Origin: Craspedostauros australis
Lineage: Eukaryota
Assembly (NCBI GenBank): GCA_030167865.1
Contig: JALAGF010003195.1
Coordinates: 1-36,820 of the forward strand
Direction of reading: 5' to 3'
DNA length: 36,820 nucleotides
Made by a program: the position numbers and the translations under genes. Shown here piece by piece: positions 10,437 through 20,200 of this stretch. Each line of letters opens with the position of its first letter. Position 1 is the stretch's first letter. The notes under the pieces are model-generated. The model did not search any database, had not been told where the DNA came from, and was given only the letters and a program-made list of their open reading frames with translations.

Positions 10437-13400
10437 TTACGAGTACACCTCCTCCTGTTCGCCGTCACCGTGTTCTTGCAAGAAGAGTCCGATCTCCGCA
10501 TCCCGCACTGCGTAGGCGCTGCATCGGTCGCCATCGAAGTGCACGCTCTCCGGTTCGCTTTCGCGTGAATTTAGTACATCGCCGTTGTGAAACATAGCAT
10601 TGGCGTCATTCTCGACCACACCGCCACCGATATGATTTGATGCTATGGCTGCGGAAATTGCCGCCTCGTTCACAGCCTCGTGCATATTCCTGTCGTCGCC
10701 AGATGGGGTTGAGGTGGATGGACTCGTTGTGTTGTCGGATGACACGGAAGGCGCAGCTGCTGCATCTATTTCATCATCGTCGCCAGTCCGAAGCACGGAG
10801 GAGGACGAAGAATCATCGAACTGGTCCTCCCTCTCTCGTTCGCGGAGCTCGCTCAGCCGGCCATCGAGCATGACGGATGTTCGGCCATTGGGAGCAAGTC
10901 CAACTTTGTGCATCATGCTGCCGTTGCTGCTACTGGTCAACGTCTGACTCAGTCTAGCGTCGTCGCTACCGCCACCATCGTCACGGCCTCTCTCGCTGTT
11001 GCTGTGGACCTCTTTCTTGTTCGTGCCCAAAGCGCTGCTAGATCCGGCATTCCAATTCTCCACGCTGCGGGAACTGTTGATGTAGTTGTTGTTGTTGTTG
11101 TTGTAGTCCTGTCCCACCCCTGGCATGCCGGAAATCCGTGTCATGCCGATCGTCGCTGCGTAATTGCCCATGCGCGACGAGTTTCCTATGCGGGTCGCGT
11201 TGCTCGTGCGGGAGTTGCGGATGGCCTGCCTTGCTTGGATGATGCGAGGCAGAACGAACGCTGCCGAACTCAGGATGGTGCCCCAAAAGACGCTGATGGT
11301 CAAGAGCACGCGTTCCGCCGCCTGCGTGACACCGACCAGGTACAGAATGACGAGGATGATCAGGCCTGTGAACGCGAGGTTGTAGATGGAGAACATGAGC
11401 TGCTTGGCCTCACCGAAGCGTGGGTCCAGGTTGCGCGTCAGGTAGGCCAGCACGCAGCCCACGAGGATCAACGAGACGGACAAGACGAATTCAGTGATCC
11501 AAAATGCGTCGGATTCGAAATCGCAGATGATGCGCTGAACCGGAACGCCGGATTCCAGTTCCAGCAGCTCCCTCTGGCTGTACGGATCCACGAAGGAGAA
11601 GATGGCCAGACAGATGGCCTGCCCCAACGGGATCGGCACGGCGTACATGGCAGCCTGCAAGTTGGTGATGCGGACCTTTTGGAATGCCGCAGTCGCACCC
11701 ACGAGTCGGTACATTCGGTAGATCTTGACGATCAAGGGTGAGAAGGCCATGGCCGAGAGGAGGAAGAAGGACCAGAAACGGATCATGCACATGCCATCGG
11801 TGTTCTCCCCCAGCATCGTGAACATCCCCATGTTGGTGGCGCAGCATGCCACGATGAACGCCATCGTGAAACGGTAGTCGGCGTGGATGACGGCCCGCGT
11901 GGTTCTGTATTGGTACAGCAGGATGGCCAGGGCCAGGCAGATGGCACAGCCCATGCCGGCCACGAACAGCAAAGGGACGAAGAGCTGATCGCCGCGCTTG
12001 ATGGTATCGTTGTCAGATCTGGCGACGGGCGTGATGACCATGATGCGCCACTGCAAGTTGGCCTTGGGATGCTCGTAGAGGATGGACTCGGCGACGAAGG
12101 CTTTGGAATCGACGACGCTCGATGCCTTGGTGGAGACGTAGGTCCCAGTAGGGAACCCGGCTTCCAACGAATCCAAATGCGCGTTGCGGATGGCGTTGTT
12201 GGACTCCGAACCTTCGAGTTCCTCCACAGAGATGCGGACGACGTCGCAGTCGGCGCTGTCGTCGGCTGGGCAGGGTTGGGTGGGATCTTCGGACAGCACC
12301 TTGCGTGAGAGGACGCTGGAGACGGATGACCCGATCATGTAGTACGGCGCCTTGGCCTCGTAGACGACGACCCTGGTGTCGCTGTCGTTGTAGGCTTCGT
12401 TGAGGAAGTTCGATATCTGATCGAGCATGTAATCGACAGCCAGCACGCCTTCGAAGACGGACTGGCCTTGCGCATTCGCACCGAACAGCGGTTCTGTCCA
12501 GGTGATGCCGATGTTGCCGCTGGAGAAGAATACGTAGGGCTCCGACCAGAAGGGACGCAGCTTCGCCTTCGACGTGAGGTACCAGCTTCGCATCCTGGGG
12601 TCGTAGTCTCTTGATCTGTACACTCCAATGAACGCGCCATCGCACGAGACATCAGAGGAGACCGATCGGAAACCAAACTTGGGATCCAAGGGATTGCCGC
12701 AGTACGCAAAGGGGCCAGAGACAACCCGCGTGACCGGCGTGCCGTCACGGAATACGCACGTCCCGTCGCGATGCACGATGTCTGGATTGTTCTTATCGCG
12801 GTAGATGGCGGTGCCCGGTTCTTGCGTGAGTCGGCCGAGAGAGTTGAGGCAAGAATAGCTGCGAGGGACGAAGCCTAGCTTTTGCCCCGCTTCCGCTTTG
12901 ACGATCGAGTATTTGCGGCACCAGCGCTGCGTGGGCTTGTCCTGATTGGAACATTCCGCTGCATTCTCGGAAGCGGTGGTGGTGTTGCCGCAATCTATCT
13001 GCGAGTTGCTGGATCCCGCCTCATCGACGCCGTTGTCGTCGTCGCTTGAGCAAGGAAAGACGGCATCGCAGTCGTCGGTGTCACAGGAGACGTACTTGGC
13101 GCCCTCGCTCATCTCGCAGAGCTCCACGGCGCCCGTGTCGCGGTTGACGCAGGCGTCGCGGTAATGCGCCATCCTGGGATCATCGAGATCGTAGCCGCTG
13201 TTCCCCGATTCGCGGTAGGTGAAGCCGGTGACATCGTCCGTGATGATGGTCGTTGTGCCGGTCTCGAGTCCGTAGTAGACCTTTAGTTCCATGCTGATGG
13301 CCTGCACGTAGAACTGCGACATGACGCGGTCTCTGTCCTGGGGCTGCATGCCGTGATCGAACTCGCCGACTTCGTACGCATAGTTGGTGAGTTTGGTTGC

Positions 13401-14006
13401 CAGCACCGGTGCATTCATGAAGTGGTCGACATTCTCAAAGACGCGCTGCTGGATCTCACGTCCTTGCGCCACCTGCGTTGATATTGCGGAGGGCGATGTG
13501 AGTGAGGCTGCGCCAGGAGCCGCTGCCGCTGTTGTGTGGGAGATGAGCATGCAGAGCAGTAAGACTGCCCTGATCAGACGGGTGACCAGTGCGGTTGCTC
13601 TTTGCTGCCTTTTCGTCGATGGTGATGGGCGCGAACGTCGTGATGGTGCTGTTCGCGTCTGTTGAAGCTGTGTCTGTTGCAGCTGCCGCTGTTGGTTAAC
13701 AATGATCATCTCGTCCACGTTCCTATCCACGCTCGTGTCCACGTTCGTGGGTTGAGCGGCGATGTGGATATTCGAAACAACGTGGAACGATGCTGTGGCT
13801 GTCGCTGTTGCGGCGAGATGAAGACTTTCGCAACACGAAGTCTGGCGGCCATCGCTGCGAACATGCAGCGCTGTTGCGACGTTCGCGTGTGACATCTCAT
13901 TGTCATTAGCAGTGTCATTCGCAGTGCCAGTGTTGCTGGTGTTTGCGTCAACGGGCCTTGCACCACCGCCATGGCCATCGCATGCATTCCTCCTGAGAGT
14001 CGCCAT
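10437..14006 (-). CDS. Class C (GABA-B/GPR158-like) 7TM receptor with an extracellular dCache-type domain
   Basis: 1189-aa ORF. Seven hydrophobic segments lie at about 11244-11985 with class C hallmarks: TM3 GMCMIRFW...KIYRMYRL, an ECL2 Cys (RIICD), TRNLDPRFGEAKQLMFSIYN and a TM7 ending FVLPR. The ectodomain has Cache signatures YDPRMRSWY, FWSEPYVF, ITWTEP and EGVLAVD. The true start codon is uncertain because the signal-like segment lies near residues 143-162. Confidence 0.88.
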   Translation of the reverse strand: MATLRRNACDGHGGGARPVDANTSNTGTANDTANDNEMSHANVATALHVRSDGRQTSCCESLHLAATATATASFHVVSNIHIAAQPTNVDTSVDRNVDEMIIVNQQRQLQQTQLQQTRTAPSRRSRPSPSTKRQQRATALVTRLIRAVLLLCMLISHTTAAAAPGAASLTSPSAISTQVAQGREIQQRVFENVDHFMNAPVLATKLTNYAYEVGEFDHGMQPQDRDRVMSQFYVQAISMELKVYYGLETGTTTIITDDVTGFTYRESGNSGYDLDDPRMAHYRDACVNRDTGAVELCEMSEGAKYVSCDTDDCDAVFPCSSDDDNGVDEAGSSNSQIDCGNTTTASENAAECSNQDKPTQRWCRKYSIVKAEAGQKLGFVPRSYSCLNSLGRLTQEPGTAIYRDKNNPDIVHRDGTCVFRDGTPVTRVVSGPFAYCGNPLDPKFGFRSVSSDVSCDGAFIGVYRSRDYDPRMRSWYLTSKAKLRPFWSEPYVFFSSGNIGITWTEPLFGANAQGQSVFEGVLAVDYMLDQISNFLNEAYNDSDTRVVVYEAKAPYYMIGSSVSSVLSRKVLSEDPTQPCPADDSADCDVVRISVEELEGSESNNAIRNAHLDSLEAGFPTGTYVSTKASSVVDSKAFVAESILYEHPKANLQWRIMVITPVARSDNDTIKRGDQLFVPLLFVAGMGCAICLALAILLYQYRTTRAVIHADYRFTMAFIVACCATNMGMFTMLGENTDGMCMIRFWSFFLLSAMAFSPLIVKIYRMYRLVGATAAFQKVRITNLQAAMYAVPIPLGQAICLAIFSFVDPYSQRELLELESGVPVQRIICDFESDAFWITEFVLSVSLILVGCVLAYLTRNLDPRFGEAKQLMFSIYNLAFTGLIILVILYLVGVTQAAERVLLTISVFWGTILSSAAFVLPRIIQARQAIRNSRTSNATRIGNSSRMGNYAATIGMTRISGMPGVGQDYNNNNNNYINSSRSVENWNAGSSSALGTNKKEVHSNSERGRDDGGGSDDARLSQTLTSSSNGSMMHKVGLAPNGRTSVMLDGRLSELREREREDQFDDSSSSSVLRTGDDDEIDAAAAPSVSSDNTTSPSTSTPSGDDRNMHEAVNEAAISAAIASNHIGGGVVENDANAMFHNGDVLNSRESEPESVHFDGDRCSAYAVRDAEIGLFLQEHGDGEQEEVYS

Positions 14007-15489
14007 TGTGTTGTGCTTTTTCGGTTGCTGCGATTGTGAGTTGATGGTGGTGGCAGTGCGTTCGTGTGCTCAACCTTGATCGTATGAACGTTCCTGGGCG
14101 CGACTTTCGCAGCACCGAAGAAGTCCCAAACGTTTCCTTTGGGGAAGCTTTCGTGGATCTGAAGAGGGCTTCGCCTCGGTGTATCACAGCAGTTTGCCTC
14201 CTCAGCGTTTGCTGTTTGTGCTGTTTGCGTGTGCTGTTGCTTGTGCTGTTGGCAATGTTGGCGATGATGGCAATGGTGCTCCTCTCTCGATTGAGGTTGG
14301 ATGCTGAAGCAGCTCAGATGTGAATGTGGGGGTATCTTGTAGTCGTAGTCGTACACCTTTGGTTTGTTTCGTTGTCCCTTTCTCTCTCTTTCTCTTTTTC
14401 TCTTGTTGTGTGGCTGCGGTTCCAGTGCCCCAGAGAGTGGATGTCAATGGCCTGTGTCTCTTGGAGGCTTTGTTGTCCCAAGGGAGAGATGTTTCTGTGC
14501 TGCTCTTGTGCTGTTGTTGTCGCCTCTTGATCCCCTTGGTTTCTCATGTTCCCTCGTTGCCTCCGTCTTGTTGTTCACGTGCGATCAGGTACATGTTAAT
14601 CATGCCACGCGCCACTACCGTCCCCGTTGTCACGCATTGTTTGAACGCGACACCACGCATTAATCAGCCTCTGTTGCCTACTCCACGAAATAGCAAAAGA
14701 CGTTAAGAGGCAATGTTCCGCGACCCAAATTGCCCAACGACGACGAACCTGAAAACACGCATCGTTGCTGGTTTGCGACGCGGAGACGTGTTGGAGTTTC
14801 CGAAGTATGATTTCGCCCTTCAACATTCCTCCGTGTGTATTGAGTCGAGTTGTTCGATCCGAGCACAGACACAAGTATGTGTCTTTTACAACCCGTGATT
14901 GGCACTCGCGGGCTTTTGGCTCCATCTCGGAGTATCGTAGTCGAACGAGTCGCTATTCCAAACTTGGAGTCCTGGATGGCTTGAGTCCCTCGCATCAATT
15001 CTGCTCGAGAAAGAATCGGTCATGCTCGCAAGTCCTGTGCTACTACCATGAGTATCGCTCAGAAACACCTCGAGAAGAGCAACGCGCTTCCTCTGCGTGT
15101 TGCCTTCGTTGCGCCACTTCTCCTCTTCTTGGTGGTAACGCACACATCAGTGCACCAGCGTGTCATACAATGGTTCGTACTCGTATCTGTACTATACCCA
15201 CGCTCCTTGTGCACTTACCATCCTCATATTTGGTATTATACTACATATAACACTACTCTCTCTCTTGGAAGCCGTCGTCGATCTCGGTGCGCTTCTTCAG
15301 GCCTGCATCCTCTCGAGCACAGAGCTGCGACGGCTTGTCACGCCTTCCAGTGCTTCAGGCTTGATCCGCTCAAAGGCGTGTTCCACGCTATCCGTGCTAC
15401 GAGGACGACATCCCATTGAATGCTATTGCAACTCGCAGACATACAATACCTGAACATCAACGGCAAGCCAGGCGCAAAGTTGCGAACGG

Positions 15490-17550
15490 ATGGTGTTCAG
15501 GATCGGCGGTGATCCCATCCGGAAGGTCAAGATGGTGGCGAAGCGCCACGAGAATCGTTCGACTTCGCGTCAGGCGCAGCCACCAACACAGCAGCAACAA
15601 CAACCGCAACAGCAACCGCAACAGCAACGGGAATCCCTCAAGCCTCTCAAGCCGTCCAAACGAAACACGACAGTCACGCTGGCCGATGACTTTTCGTCTT
15701 CCTGTGCGTTGCACGGCAACACAAGACGAAGCTTGGATGCAGGCAGCTTCGAGCACGATTGCGATACGCAGCAAAAGCAACCTTCTCGTAAGAGCGGCCG
15801 TCGAGCGCGGCAGGAGCAGCTGCAGGACGGAGCTTGCCATTGGAACAGCGATGAAGATGATGACGCTGGCTCATCCGCAGCGCCTTCAATTACGCCCTTG
15901 CCTCAGGCACGACTTGTACTGGAGGTCTGCCAAATCTCGGCGCTGCTGGTCATCCTGGGTGCCGGTGCGGCGCACTCTTCGTTCGCCCTCATCGCCACCC
16001 TCATAGAAGGTGATACGGGATCCATGCAGATCCGGGACTTCCGTCTGCCTGCGATGGTCGCCACGTTCTTTCAAACCACCAGCGGGGTGGCCGCCATGAT
16101 CACGGGAATGTATGCCATGTTTGCTTTCGTTCAGATCATGCTCTGCATGAACGCATTCAAGGGTGCAAGCACTGCAGTGGCTATCAACAGCAGTCCATCG
16201 GATAGAAGTCCCAGTATCCGCAACGAAGATCCTTGTGGTGGACAAGGCATCACATCACGACAGACGCGACAGACGCGACACGATCAGTTGCGGCAACGGT
16301 TACTACTGCAGCAATGTCACAGGATCTGGAGAAGATTTCACATGTGGTGCAAGATCTTGGTGGCGCTCATCAACCTATCGCCCATCTCTTTCATCATCAC
16401 AATCACGAGACTGTTGCAAGGAGCGTCAGAACCACCGGAACAGAACGACTTCATCCCCATGCTGCTCAACCCAACCGAAGATGACGTTCACTGCGTCGTC
16501 TTCATGGGCCTGCTGGTCCTCATCTCCGTCTGCGGCACGCTCATCGGTGGCCTCACGGTCCTGTCGCTGCATCTGTGCGCCATTCTTGGATACCAGGCGC
16601 ATTCCCGGCACGTCGGTTACCACGCGCTGCGGTACGCCTATTACTCACTGCTCGTGGCGGCTGGTGGTATTTCGCAAGTCCTGCTGGGTGTCTTTGCCTG
16701 GCATCGCTTTGGCTTTGGTCCTTACAAGCAGGCCATCCATGTTGCGACCTACACCGTCTACTTCCCTCTCGTTTCCATCATCGTGGGATGCGCCCAGTGC
16801 ATCATGGCGTACGTTGGATGGCGTCGCGCACGCAGAGTTATTCGGGGGGACTGCCCAGACGCACTTCTCTCCGTCAACACCTCCACTCGTGACATCAACG
16901 AGGTGGGGGCTAGTTTTGATTGCGAACGCGAGAATGCGAACGACAGTGGTGTCGAACAACACACGTCTTCGGCGACTTCCAAACAGCAGCCGCAGCTACA
17001 GCAGCCGCAGCTACAGCACCAGAACCTGCAACGGCATACATCAAATGCAACGCAGAGACTTCCGTTCCATGCAACAGCCGCAGCTTCATATGACTACACC
17101 ATGTGGTACGTGGTGCTGACGACCTTCGTCATCACCGTCTACCTCCAATTCTTGTTCCAGCCATCGTACGGGACGCAGGAAACCGCTGGCACGCACGGTG
17201 GAGATTTTACCAGATGCTACTCGGCGGAAGGTGCGACGATCGCATCGGTCTACCTGGGGTTCTTTTGCATGCCGCTGTATTTGGATCACTTGGTGCAAAC
17301 GACACCCTGGAGCATCCGCAGCGACGAGATGTACGACCGGGATTCCATGCCGTACAAAGAAGATTTGCTGGTCAAATGCTGCGGCCTGGAACCACGCGTG
17401 CGCCAAGCGCGGGAGCATGTACCGTATTCAGCAGCAGCGTCCGCTGATGGTTTTCAATGCAATCAAGACACGCGAGCGGCCGCTATTCGGCATCGGCATG
17501 CCTCCGATCCAACGCAAGACGTTGACCAATCACATGATTTTTGCAAATAA
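15490..17550 (+). CDS. Uncharacterised multi-pass membrane protein (about 8 TM segments) with poly-Q loops
   Basis: 686-aa ORF with coding-like codon usage. About eight hydrophobic stretches are separated by hydrophilic Gln-rich insertions. I recognise no family. Confidence 0.75.
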   Translation: MVFRIGGDPIRKVKMVAKRHENRSTSRQAQPPTQQQQQPQQQPQQQRESLKPLKPSKRNTTVTLADDFSSSCALHGNTRRSLDAGSFEHDCDTQQKQPSRKSGRRARQEQLQDGACHWNSDEDDDAGSSAAPSITPLPQARLVLEVCQISALLVILGAGAAHSSFALIATLIEGDTGSMQIRDFRLPAMVATFFQTTSGVAAMITGMYAMFAFVQIMLCMNAFKGASTAVAINSSPSDRSPSIRNEDPCGGQGITSRQTRQTRHDQLRQRLLLQQCHRIWRRFHMWCKILVALINLSPISFIITITRLLQGASEPPEQNDFIPMLLNPTEDDVHCVVFMGLLVLISVCGTLIGGLTVLSLHLCAILGYQAHSRHVGYHALRYAYYSLLVAAGGISQVLLGVFAWHRFGFGPYKQAIHVATYTVYFPLVSIIVGCAQCIMAYVGWRRARRVIRGDCPDALLSVNTSTRDINEVGASFDCERENANDSGVEQHTSSATSKQQPQLQQPQLQHQNLQRHTSNATQRLPFHATAAASYDYTMWYVVLTTFVITVYLQFLFQPSYGTQETAGTHGGDFTRCYSAEGATIASVYLGFFCMPLYLDHLVQTTPWSIRSDEMYDRDSMPYKEDLLVKCCGLEPRVRQAREHVPYSAAASADGFQCNQDTRAAAIRHRHASDPTQDVDQSHDFCK

Positions 17551-17661
17551 TATAATGCATACGAGAATTATCCTTTCGAGTGTGCGTATGAACTCTGCAT
17601 GATACTCTAACAATACTGTTGGCTCGTACATGGTATTGTAGTATACGAGACAAGGGAATGG

Positions 17662-18555
17662 TCATTGCGACGCGACCAAGCTGGCAAACAACGTGGACAC
17701 AGTCTCGTTCCAATTGCGCTGCTGCGAGTCGATGCTGCCGGCGGGAATGCCACCACCCGCGGCCTGGCGCTTGAGATAGAGCTCCCGGTCCAGCTTCTTT
17801 TCTCTGTAGAATCCTCCCTCCGGTTCCCGCACTTTGGGCATGGCGTAGTTGGCCGCCGCGGCGCCTCTGCCTTGCCGCTTGAGCTCGTTGCGATATCCCT
17901 GCATCTGCGCCGCCCGCAGTTCCGCCGACACCTCCTCACGCTCCCCCAGCAGCACCTGCGCCGATTCCTGCTTGAGCCGGCGTTTCGTGATGGCGATCGC
18001 CTTCTCCTCCTCCTTGCGCTCGCGCTTGCGGCGCTCCGTCTCCCTCTGCTCGGCGGCGATGCGGTCCTGAATGGATCGCTCTTCATCGGCGCGCTGCGAC
18101 TGGCGAATGACGATCTGCTGGCGGTTGGCCTCCTCGTAGGCCTTGATCTTGGACTTGCACTCCTCCGCCTTGGGTTCCTCGTGCACGATGCTGTAGATGA
18201 TGTCCTCCACCTCCTCCAGGTAGTTGTTGTACTCCAGCAAGGACGCGAAGTCCGTCTGCACCTTGTTGAAGACCTTGGTGACGCGCCGTCTCCAGCTGGT
18301 GTCGTTCTGGCACTGCACGTCGTCCAACGTCCTTGTCGACAGCGTCACCTTCTTCACGGGCGTGCCGCAGATGGGGCAGGGGAATTCGCGCTTGCGGCTG
18401 AACTCGCGCTCCACGCAGGTGTTGCAGAACTGGTGCCCGCAGCGCACGGTCGCGTTGGTTTGCAACGTCGCTGTCGATGTGAGGTTGGAGGAGTCGCCTT
18501 CGCCGATGCCGCAGATGGCGCACCGGAAGAAGTCCTCCTCGTCTTCATCATTCAT
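17662..18555 (-). CDS. MNAT1: CDK-activating kinase assembly factor MAT1 (TFIIH subunit; RING-HC)
   Basis: RING finger CAIC...CGHQFCNTC...CPIC, followed by WRRRVTKVFNKVQTDFASLLEYNNYLEEVEDIIYSIV, a coiled coil and a C-terminal QAAGGG segment, all typical of MAT1/Tfb3. Confidence 0.93.
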   Translation of the reverse strand: MNDEDEEDFFRCAICGIGEGDSSNLTSTATLQTNATVRCGHQFCNTCVEREFSRKREFPCPICGTPVKKVTLSTRTLDDVQCQNDTSWRRRVTKVFNKVQTDFASLLEYNNYLEEVEDIIYSIVHEEPKAEECKSKIKAYEEANRQQIVIRQSQRADEERSIQDRIAAEQRETERRKRERKEEEKAIAITKRRLKQESAQVLLGEREEVSAELRAAQMQGYRNELKRQGRGAAAANYAMPKVREPEGGFYREKKLDRELYLKRQAAGGGIPAGSIDSQQRNWNETVSTLFASLVASQ

Positions 18556-20060
18556 TGTTGTATTCGTGCTCTTGTCTCTGTCTCTGCCACTGTCTCTGCC
18601 ACCGTATCTGCTTCTCTGTTTGTTGCTCTTGTCTCGACCGTTTGCGCAATGCTCAATTCATCCAACCCCTGTGCTCATCAGTGCGATAAACCCAAAGAGC
18701 AGGTGATTGTTTGAGTACTGTGGTGGTGATAGTGATGGTGATGGTGCTCGTGGTTCAACACACACTCTGTGGGCAGCGATACCTGCCTCCGACAAACAGG
18801 CAAACCATCAACGCCAACGTCAACCGCACAGGAACAACAACAGAAGAGGAACGATGAACGGCCAAACACGGACCAATCTCCATGGTCGATCTCTCCCTTT
18901 CTCCGAATTTCCTGTTTTCTTTCGTTGTTGTTGTTTAATCGATGGAGTCGAAAGTCCAACACACCGTGGAATCCTCGCAATCGAACCAAGACTACAAAAA
19001 GATACCTGGCGAATAGATCGTCGCGCTGGGGTCGGAGACGCCAACAACTAACGGCGGAGAATGGAATGGAGGAAGTCACCGACGGCCCCAACCCGAAACA
19101 ATCGCCCGCACATGGGAAGAACCGACCGACTGATCGTGGCCAGCTCTGTCCATTTGGCTCACGGCCTCACTGCAGTACGACGTTCGTGGTGTGCCATACG
19201 ATGCCGCGCAGTGTCGTAATGAACGAAGGCCTCGGCTTTGGTACTTGTAGCGCGCAGCAGCACGGGTTGACACCAGCAACATCACGGCAACGACCACATG
19301 TGTGCGACATGATCGCCAACGGCCAACGAGTCGTGTCATGAACCTCCCATCGCATTGGCCCATCCAGGACCGCTCGGTCTCGCTCATCGCTGTGTGTTGT
19401 TGTGCTGTGCTGTGTTGCGTTGTGCTGCTTTGCGAGTACGATGCAGTACCATGCAATGGGAGACGACACAGAAGTTGACGTGAAGAAATCACAAGTTTGC
19501 AATCGGGCAAACACAAGGTACGAACGAGAGCAACCAAGGCAATGTACTGATACACGGTGGGACAGGAAGGGAAGGAATGGAGCAAAGCAACGGCTGCCAT
19601 GAGGTGTTGTCCATCAACTTGCAACATCCAACGCCGCCATCTTGCTTGGTCTGCATCTGTCTCACCCTCATCGACAATCGATCCTAAAGGTCGAGAGCCC
19701 AAGATCCCAACACACCCATCATCGAAGGCATTGCGATAGCATCCAAGCTTTGCTCGACGTGATCGTTTGCCGATACAACCCAGCCTCGGGCCGTCATGTT
19801 TGCTTCATGTGTGAGGTGTGCAGCGAGGAGTCTCTCGTATCCATTGCTCACAACCCATCATCCTCTCTCACTGTCATCGCCACCGTCATCGCCATTGTCT
19901 CCACCATTTGAATCCTCTTCCTGAACCGCAAAGCGTTGGTCTTCCCATCTTCCTTATCATCAAGCAGACAGCCAAGTGTGCAGCTACCGCAGCAAACAAA
20001 CGCAGGCGTCTTGCATCTGCAGCGCAACAGAGCAGTGCTTGACACACACTCGCTAGAGAA

Positions 20061-20064
<4 letters not shown>

Positions 20065-20105
<41 letters not shown>
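20065..20105. repeat. (AG)20 microsatellite about 95 nt upstream of the ATG at 20201
   Basis: Perfect AG dinucleotide run read directly. Confidence 0.97.
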
Positions 20106-20107
<2 letters not shown>

Positions 20108-20200
20108 TAGAAGAAGAATCCAGACATCGGCACGCGTGAGGCAAGCGACGCAAGCTTTGCTACTACAGACGTCCAGAACCACCGTTTCGATTCTACGACC

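Noticed and set aside
16163-17119. 318-aa alternate-frame ORF inside the membrane-protein gene
   Set aside because: Ser/Arg/Thr-rich composition typical of an off-frame read, with no recognisable features.
17665-18714. 349-aa plus-strand ORF
   Set aside because: Antisense mirror of MAT1 caused by GC-rich codon bias; no independent motifs.
18700-20060. Scattered AACGG sites and short ORFs between MAT1 and the WH2-motif gene
   Set aside because: The number of 5-mers is close to chance expectation and the ORFs lack coding features.
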